Assembly: GCF_001194135.2 (NCBI RefSeq)
Contig: NC_068982.1
Location: forward strand, 32,577,969-32,621,363
DNA length: 43,395 nucleotides
Reading direction: 5' to 3'
DNA from: Octopus bimaculoides
Taxonomy: Eukaryota
Numbering within the stretch: position 1 is the stretch's first letter; every line of letters begins with the position of its first letter. The position numbers and the translations under genes are program-made. A model generated the notes under the pieces. The model did not search any database, was not told the origin of the DNA, and worked only from the letters and a program-made list of their open reading frames with translations. Shown in pieces: positions 35,329 through 43,395 of this stretch.

Positions 35329-35440
35329 CAGACAGATAGACAGATAGACAGACAGATAGACAGACAGATAGACAGACAGATAGACAGACAGATAGATAGA
35401 CAGATAGATAGACAGATAGATAGACAGATAGATAGATAGT
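35276..35440. repeat. (GATA)n/(GACA)n compound microsatellite
   Basis: Seen directly. Confidence 0.95.
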
Positions 35441-35689
35441 GGAATCCTTTAGTTTTATCGTAAAAAGAGAGTTTAACGTTCCGAGCAGGAACTTTTCTCT
35501 GTCCAATTCGTTATCCTCCTCCTCCTCGTGACAGCAAACCATTTTACTGCATTTTGTCAACTTTTGAAACTTCCCATTTCTATTTAAATAGGTTATCGAG
35601 AGTTAAGTGGGTTTTCCAATGATGTAGTATAAATAGTTTCCTTTTTTTCATTCATTTCCCGCCTTGCAAGTTACTTGACAACTTCGCTG

Positions 35690-35878
35690 GTTTTGGTGGC
35701 ACGGAAGAAAAGCGTCCATCAGACACTGTCAAATAGTTGACGTTAGGAAAGCATCAAACTGTAGAAAACAATGTCAAAACTGACAATCGAGTACGACGCA
35801 GCTCTGTAGCTCGTCGGATCCTGTAAAACCTGGGTCAGCATGGAAAACGGACATATGATGATGATGATGAAGATGATA
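35690..35878 (+). mobile_element. 3' tail of a retroposon ending in (GAT)n
   Basis: GTTGACGTTAGGAAAGCATC...CAGCATGGAAAACGGAC followed by (GAT)n, typical of an RTE-like retroposon tail. Family assignment is inferred. Confidence 0.5.
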
Positions 35879-37399
35879 ATAAAAAAAAAAAAACGATCCA
35901 CACTATTGTCACATAGATAACGTATCCATCAACTCAGCCGCTTTCGTTTATAAACTATGGGTCTTTGCTCTTCTCGAAATGTAAATATTTCGTTATTGAA
36001 TATAGAAATACATAGATAAATAAATTGGTAAACATAGCTAGATTAACTCAGGATATGGAATATCGTCCGATGCTGAGTATTATATTTATAGCATTGACAA
36101 CTATCACGCCCTCTAGAGATAATTCCTTCACCAGAAGAAAACCTTAAATAGAAAATAATTGAATAAACAAAGTTATTTATTAAGGTTTACACATTTAGAC
36201 ATGCACGCACGCCATGAGGAGATAAGAAAACTGACGTATCGAGTAAAGCCCTTCGTCGAAGACAGAACTATTTTATTTTTAATGTTTATGGTAGCACCGA
36301 GAATACATTGAAACAAAGTTATTTATGTATACTTAATTATTTTATCCATTTACTCTAATGTTAAAGGTTATCATGTGAAAATATGATACACTATTTACCT
36401 AACTTTATATACAAACTAAATCTTGTTTTGCTAAATAAACAAAAATATAAATTATCTTTCCTTGCTAGCCTGAGTTGAGTGAATTTAAGCGTCCACCCCA
36501 AGCGCTTTGGTTCCAGGTTTTCGTTGTTTTGTTGTTTAATCCCGGATTAATCCTGATAAAGAATCTCTATAGTCAAAGGCATTCCATTCTTGACCATTTC
36601 TTTTTCCAGAAATACATAATATAATGTTTATTTTAAAGAAGTTGAGAGATTTGGCTGCTATTTCTAGAAAGTAAAGCCACAGTTTATATACGCTTATTCA
36701 CTAATTCGAATAACAATGTTGTCTACAATTAGTAAAGTGAGTGCGAATGTATACTGAGAAACAGTGTCCACGTCATTAGAATATACATTAGATAAAACTT
36801 GACAAGGCCGAAAAAATGTGAAATGAATACAAAACGAACTACAAAAATGAAAACAGAACAACAGCTGAAGTTTTACCATGTATTTCGATATTTCGAGGTT
36901 ATAACCCTTTCCTCAGGACTCGTGGAAAAGTGAGAGATGAAATAAATCGTTGCTCAGACATATGGTTGCTGGTTTTAACACCTGCCATTGAATTTGAGTA
37001 TTAATTGTAAGTCATTGATATGCATTAGTAGCATTTAAGAGTCGATTATTTAAACACATCTGCAACTTGAACCCTCTGAAATATAGTGATCCATTGACTG
37101 TCTCATTGAATCATATCTCTCTTATACATATTTTTATTTTAAACACGTTGTCCTTTTTATTTACATATACACAAAAATGAGCGGAGGTGCATTGCCACGA
37201 ATGATTTCCAATCCAATTCGTCTTATAGCTATGATGTAAAAGGTTCTTATAATTTCAGTTATCTTTGCCCTGATATTGTTGAAAAAAAAAAAAACTATCA
37301 ATTTACTAACGGTAAATAGTTATTTCTATTGTAATCGGTTTAACGGTAAATGTGTTTCGCACCGACACGAACTTACTTTCTTCACCATCGCCAGGCCTC

Positions 37400-37879
37400 T
37401 CGATCGGTGAATCACAGCATCCGAGAACGGTTGTCAGTGAAATTACCGACGATAGAGACGTCTGTAATTAATGAGGGACTCGAAATGTGCAGAAAACAGG
37501 TAATTTTTTTCCGGGTATTTGCGATCACGAAGGTCTTGATCGGTCGACACCAAGGTCATTTGATAATATTGCTTATTTCAGCGTGTCGGAGAAATCACAA
37601 AGTTATGAAACGATGCAATACAAGATATTTCTTCAAATATATCTTTTTTCCACACCTACACCTTCGTATTCGGTACACATCCGAGCTCACCTGATGCTCT
37701 TCTCTAACTTGGAATTCAGGGACACCGAGACTCAATTGAATTAGGTATCAACTCATGAAGCTGCTAATGGTAATCACCAAAACGTGTCGGTGAATCCTCC
37801 AAGACAGTCAGCATAGTCTACGGGTAAGAAAAATCTTGTATTGGAGATGATCCTCTTAACCAATGTAATGTGCACTGAG

Positions 37880-37938
<59 letters not shown>

Positions 37939-39950
37939 CACATACATACATTCAGTGCAAGGTCAGACGCTCTCCTGGCTCTGAGGCCTCCCAGTTTTAT
38001 AAGTAAGATTATCTGTAACCAACTGATTTTTATCATACCAACTTACAGAAATTAATATTAGATATGTCTGCTAACATCCTTTTTATCAGTCGATCTATCT
38101 CATTTATAAGTGTTACGACGTGCATGTACACGTCGGGTGTAAAATAGTATTACCCAAATAAATATTTTGGTGTGGTTATCAAAAATAACCTATCGCAGAA
38201 TTATTGTTCACACAGAACGCACTCCGTACTACTCGAATGTAGGTATTAAACCAACTCACGGTGAACTAACACAGTAACCGATACGGCCGACCAACACTGT
38301 CAACAGCTCGTGACAGTTCACATAGAGTTCTTTATTTACTGAAATTCGTTAGTCACGTAGAGGTGTACAGGATTCTCCCATAACAATAAGGTAATCGATT
38401 TTTCGATACGCTGTGGTTATGTGGCTAGGGTGCATCAATTTTGACATCACGACGCAGTAATTCAACATGAAGTAGGCTGGATGTGCATCCAGATGTTTCT
38501 AGCGCTCAATCATTCAGATCATTTCGTTTTAAGTGACATTACAACATATGCCACTGCCCAAGACTGGAGATCCAAGCATTTCAAGATCTTTGTCCAGAGG
38601 TACGTGGATATTGGGCAGCAGCTGATGAAGTTGAATTTTGATTTCATCCCTGTCCATAGCGCTCGATATGGAGTCTAGCTCAAATACGCGAGGTTTAATT
38701 CTAGACTGAGTTTGGCTAGTGCTAAGATGGCTTAGAACAAATAATCACAAACAATAGAAGTTTCACTGATATGTTCATTGTTCAAACACCTAACATTGAA
38801 ATATCCAGCACAAATTTCAGTCACTGTGAGTATAATGTGACCACCATGGATCAAAAAATTGCTGAAGCCCTTTACTTCTTTGAACATCGGGTAAATTTTT
38901 AGGGTTATAGTATCGCAGTCAAACAGGAAACAGTCTCTACATTACTTACATTACAAATTGCAAACAAAATGTCCTTTGAGTTTTTGTCGTCATTCACAAA
39001 CTGTTTAACAATGTGTAATGCAACTACGTACCTATCTTCACAGGGGAAGTCTATATAACTGGAGTGTAATTCAATGCGCAATTTAAATTTGACGTTTTTC
39101 TTCGAAATTTGAGATGTTAGTATCTTGAAGGTATTAACTAAAAGATCGGTCTCAATCCACCATCTTCTTTTACTTAATGCTTATAATGAAACCGAATCGA
39201 ACGCATCTCAATCATCCGCGTATATCTTGTCTTATAGCTGTCAACATGTTGTACCTGATTATTAATCAGGTTGATTATTAACCAGCGAACTTGACACGGT
39301 CAGGGCCACCGGATCCATCAAATCGAGGGCTTTGAGAACCACGGATCTGGTCGTGCATGGAGCACACAATCCGAATAGAATGGGAGATAGTGTAATAAAA
39401 TCTTCAGATTGCTTGAAATGTCTTTTGAGAAATTCATTGTGGGTCTCATCCAAGGAACCTACAAGTGCGTCATCGAGAATATTTTAATTTGAAAGTCAAC
39501 GAACTTGTCAGAATGGAGACATTTTTTTTTTTGTCGTTCCAGTCCGTAGTAATCCCGAACACTCAGTGGCCATCCACTTGCTGAGGATAAATACATCTGA
39601 AGTGGCATGATTATTGACATGACGTTTACTGCTCGTAGTAAAGTTATCATTCCACGTATGTCCTTTGTGTTGTCTGAGTGTCACTAATAAAAAAACAAAC
39701 AAATCTGCGGCAACCCAGTTCGCCATCACTGTTGTGTGCTGAGAGAATGGTAGACATCGATTCAGTCATCATTTAAGTTATCGATTCAGTTATCATTTCA
39801 GCGATTCGTATGGCATCGAATTTTTGTGGTCTCCAGTGTTTTTTTTGGACACGAGACCATACGGCAGAGTGCGCTGGGCGTCTACAAGTGTAACACGGTC
39901 AATGCAACAATTTAAGTGGTTGTGATTGAGTTAATCCTACGCTGGTCTTA
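37400..39950 (-). mobile_element. Long, heavily decayed CRE-like non-LTR retrotransposon (RT to C-terminus)
   Basis: Collinear motifs on the minus strand: GSGGPD (~39296-39316); ALSK-DGGLRPI (39144-39180); VALHIVKQF..DILF; KIYP..SNFLIHGGHII; FNVRCLNN (decayed LNxWYLDD, ~38776-38800); LSLELN; LEMLGSPV (~38562-38585); KHLDAHPAYFMLNYC (~38455-38498); faint QRxSI..GN..VLG near 37425-37470. Many stops and frameshifts; outer limits approximate. Confidence 0.72.
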
Positions 39951-40288
39951 CTTTGCACTCCTTTCAAATGGAGATTGATGGTTAATCTAATGGACTGATT
40001 AGATTGTCTGGCTGATGACCTGATGTCGTGTAACGTTGTATTTGACATGTTTGAGGTTGAGAGGAAGATGTCGTTATTACATATGTTGGTTTACTTTTGT
40101 GGTGGCATTTTATTATAAGCATTTATTGTTTATGATAATCTTGTTCAGTTTCACTGATTATTTGCTAAAGAGTATTCATCTTTCGAGGTTAGATTGCTTT
40201 AAAATCCTAGTATACAAAACTCTATTACAACTGGCATTTTCCGTTGAGTTGAACTACAGTCTACTGTTAAAATTAGTAATAGTAATAA

Positions 40289-40505
40289 AGTGGTGAGCTG
40301 GCAGAAACGTTAGCACATCGGGCGAAAAGCTTAGTAGTATTTCGTCTGTCTTTACGTTCCGAGTTCAAATTCCGCCGAGGTCGACTTTGCCTTTCATCCT
40401 TCCGGGGTCGAAAAATTAAGTACCAGTTGCGTACTGGGTCGATCTAATCGACTGGTCATTCCCCAAAATTTCGGTCCTTGTGCCTTGAGTAGAAATGAAT
40501 ATTAC
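40289..40505 (+). mobile_element. SINE family B, near intact (Meta/MESC-like central domain suspected)
   Basis: TGGCAGAAACG (A-box), GAGTTCAAATT (B-box), GTCGACTTTGCCTTTCATCCTTCCGGGGTCGAAAAATTAAGTACCAG, tail TTGTGCCTTGAGTAGAAATGAATATT. Confidence 0.85.
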
Positions 40506-40899
40506 TAATAGTAGTTGCAGAAAGCAAGATCTACGCAGCCAACATAAGATTGTGTTGTAGATATGAAGTGAAGTAGCGATACTGTTCTTATTTGACAGAG
40601 AATGTTTGATGGAGTAGCTTTTGCAGAAGAAACCATATATTTATTCATTTATTCAAGCACCTCAGAAAGCTGCGTCAAAGAGATAAACAGAACGGCAAGG
40701 ACAAAAATTTGATGGTTTCCTGCATACATCTATGATGCTTATAGACGTTTGCTATTGTTGTTGTTATTGCTGCTGTTATTATTTTTTAGAGTCAGTCGTT
40801 GAAGGAAACATACAATCATGACGATTAAAGCTACAAACATCTAGTGTTTACGTGTATATCCAGAAACGTGTGTCCTTCCTGAAGATGTTGATGCTACTG

Positions 40900-41960
40900 T
40901 TTAGTCCTATTGTCTTTCCAGTCTTTGCCATCCCGAATTTCTCGATACTGGGGACTATATTGTTAATATATCTTCTTTAACCGTAAGGTGTCTTGTATGG
41001 GAGATTTCGCTGTTATTTATTTCGGCGGAGGAAGGACTGAGTGTAGTTGTCAGTATGAGCTCTAAAGAGTAGGTCTGGACAATATGGGCCACGTGAAGAG
41101 AAAAGAAGTTGGAGTCGTAAGTATCTGAGTGGTGAGGTGGGAGTAACTCGAGGCTAGTTAACTCCAAGGCTCAGACGTCAATAGAACGGCATTAGGAAAA
41201 AAAAAGAAAGACAGCACGTCTGTGGGCTACAATTTAGAGTGCATTGGCAAGCGACTTCATGCTTATCAGTCGAGTTGCCTTTTGAGGTATATGGTCCAAG
41301 ATACCTGTATGAGTAGCAACAGTACTGTCCTAGATTTTGGCGTAGTAATCTGTTGTGCGTCTCCTCTAAGCTTCACGGAGGGTTAGTGACAGTTGAGAAA
41401 TGAAACATTTTATGGCCCTGAATCTTTGTAAAACAGTCTTTGCTACAGTAAGGATGTACAGGAGAGGATTTCTGTGTCGATAAAGTTTAGCTATGTAAGA
41501 ACTTTAATATCAATTCTTGTTGTATACTGTCTATACGCAGGTGAGTTGGATGCGATATTGTTTTCTTCTATATGTAGTAATTGTGATTTTTGTGCCGTTG
41601 AAGTCGACAAGGTTGGTATGACTTTTCTGGAGGCTATTTTCAAAGTATTTGTTCATTAAGTCAAAGTAGGCTTGCTATAAAATGTCTAGGTTATATGTAG
41701 ATGACTCTTGGGTTCGTAAGATTAACGAGAATTGAATGGGGATGTCATTGCAGGGGTATAAGTGTTGTAGATCCTTGATGTATAAGAGGAAGGGTGTGAG
41801 GAAAAACCCAAACTCCGGAACGCACCAGATGTGGGAGAACGTGGGTAAAAGATACTTTCAACAGTATACTCTGCAACGGTGCCGTCTCTCAGGAAGTTAC
41901 TGATCCAAGAAACTCAGCAAGTTGCAACGTCGATGCTTTTATCAGCAGCAGTAAATCAAA
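40900..41960 (-). mobile_element. CR1/L2-group LINE reverse transcriptase 3' fragment, degenerate
   Basis: Minus-strand motifs in order: WISNFLRDG (41881-41907), SG...FLLYIKDL (41768-41791), NLVDFNGTK (41588-41614), KKATRLI (41264-41284), AHRRAV (~41211-41228). These match the WIxxFLxxR / LFLLYINDL / NLVxFNxxKT / HRR pattern of CR1-group RTs. Confidence 0.75.
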
Positions 41961-42239
41961 ATGATCTTAAAAGGTAAAAGCATATTTTTAGAAGAAATTT
42001 CAGTTTTAATGTAGAGAGTAAAAGCAAGGTTAACACAGCCAACTCTGTCTAAATGGATTAGAACTAATAGTTATAACGTGTAGTTATTTAATAAATATAT
42101 AATAATATCGCGCACACGGACATACGCACACACATGTGTGTATGTTTGAATAATCATACTATATCAATATTTATTAAAACTGGGATAACACCAAGCGCAG
42201 TATCTTTGGACAAAATCCCTTACAGAAATCCTTTTTATC

Positions 42240-42509
42240 TTTTCATTTCATTTTTTACTTATTTCAATCATTGGATTGTGGCTATGCTGGAGCACAGCTT
42301 TGAAAGGTTTTAGTTGAACAAATTAGCTGCAGTACTTATTTTAGCGATATTACTTGCCGAACCGCTTAGTTACAGGGATACACACAAACCTACACAAGCT
42401 GTTAAACGGTGGAATAGAGGACAAGCATCACACTCACACACGCATTTATATATATGCGTGTGTGTGTGTGTGTGTATCTTTATGTCTGTTTGTACCTCCC
42501 CCCATATAC

Positions 42510-42549
<40 letters not shown>

Positions 42550-42725
42550 CATAAATATAATACACACACACACAAAATATGTAGATATACTGTCTACCAA
42601 ACTCACTCACAGTGTATTGGTTGGCAATAGTAGAAAACACTTGTCCAAGGTGCCCCAGAGTGAGACTGAACCCCAAAATACATGGTTGCAAAGCTAGCTT
42701 CTTAATTACTGCGCCATATCTGCAC
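42240..42725 (-). mobile_element. SINE family A, diverged, with internal (GT)n/(CA)n
   Basis: TTTCAATCATTGGATTGTGGCTATGCTGG...GCCGAACCGCTTAGTTAC...CACTTGTCCAAGGTGCC...ACTGAACCCCAAAATACATGGTTG. Confidence 0.78.
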
Positions 42726-43223
42726 CTAGTTCGCTTAGTTTGTGTGTTCGAATCCTGCTGGAGCTTCTTTATATTTTGGCCTTAAGAGTCGAAAGAATAA
42801 AAAGCCTGTCTAGATGTGTGGTCCACGTACGAATCGACGACGCTTCGCACACCAATTTTAGTTTCGTTCCTATCACGAATACAAATTCATTTCACCCCTT
42901 TTCTCCTTCCTTCATTCTCTTTCCCTATCCTTCTGATATAAAATATTCTGACGACCTTAACCAGAAAAGTACAATTTTTAGTAAAACACACCAAAGAAAG
43001 TAAAGTGATTTATCTACCAGTGCCAGTAAGAGAATGAATAAATGCTGATAACGTATGAACAAGTTGTTTGAGTGCTGGTAAATTATACCGAGCGGAAAGC
43101 AAATCTCAGTTACTCTCCTAAGGATAAGGCACTGTGAGAGAAAAGGATAAAAAATTTTTAAAAGCGAGAGGACGAAATAGGATAGTAATTAATTAATTGA
43201 TTAGAATATAGAAATTAATTAAA

Positions 43224-43261
<38 letters not shown>

Positions 43262-43395
43262 CAAAAGAGCTAAGGCATTAGATGATCCGAAAAGAGTATA
43301 ATACGAAGTAGTCATAAACTTATATGCTCAAAAAGGCGACGTACTATTAGAATGATTAGCATGGCAGACACAATGCTACATGACATCTCTTCAAG

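Noticed and set aside
37371-37430. Strong minus-strand donor AAA|GTAAGT as a candidate upstream ADAMTS exon
   Set aside because: The phase-0 frame has a stop 19 codons upstream, no good acceptor and no prodomain similarity; it lies at the end of the CRE relic.
42946-42975. CTGACGA...GAAA on the plus strand as a hammerhead core
   Set aside because: No helix II, helix III or helix I pairing could be built.

Overview
Repeat-rich eukaryotic genomic DNA from a draft assembly with several N gaps. The SINE families and microsatellite load suggest an octopus or another coleoid cephalopod; this is inference. One protein-coding gene is supported: an ADAMTS7/ADAMTS12-like secreted metalloprotease on the minus strand. 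Four of its internal exons fall in the window (34240-34429, 20106-20347, 4255-4338, 749-873). They splice in frame through GT-AG sites with phases 0/1/0/0/2 and encode the end of the prodomain, a furin site (RRRMKR/SISSEK) and the N-terminal part of the reprolysin domain. The start and the zinc-binding exon lie outside the window. The introns carry tRNA-derived SINEs, microsatellites and decayed transposons: a near full-length DD34D mariner pseudogene, a DD37D (maT)-like fragment, a TA-flanked MITE, Tx1/L1-like and CR1/L2-group RT fragments, three Penelope-like fragments and two CRE-like non-LTR relics. The most unusual observations are three degenerate type-I hammerhead-ribozyme-like motifs, all on the ADAMTS sense strand; a perfect 154-bp inverted duplication 6.7 kb from its donor; and a foldback element with 39-bp perfect terminal inverted repeats and a palindromic telomere-like centre. 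I found no convincing novel multi-gene system. Most ORFs in the six-frame track are microsatellite, gap or SINE artefacts.
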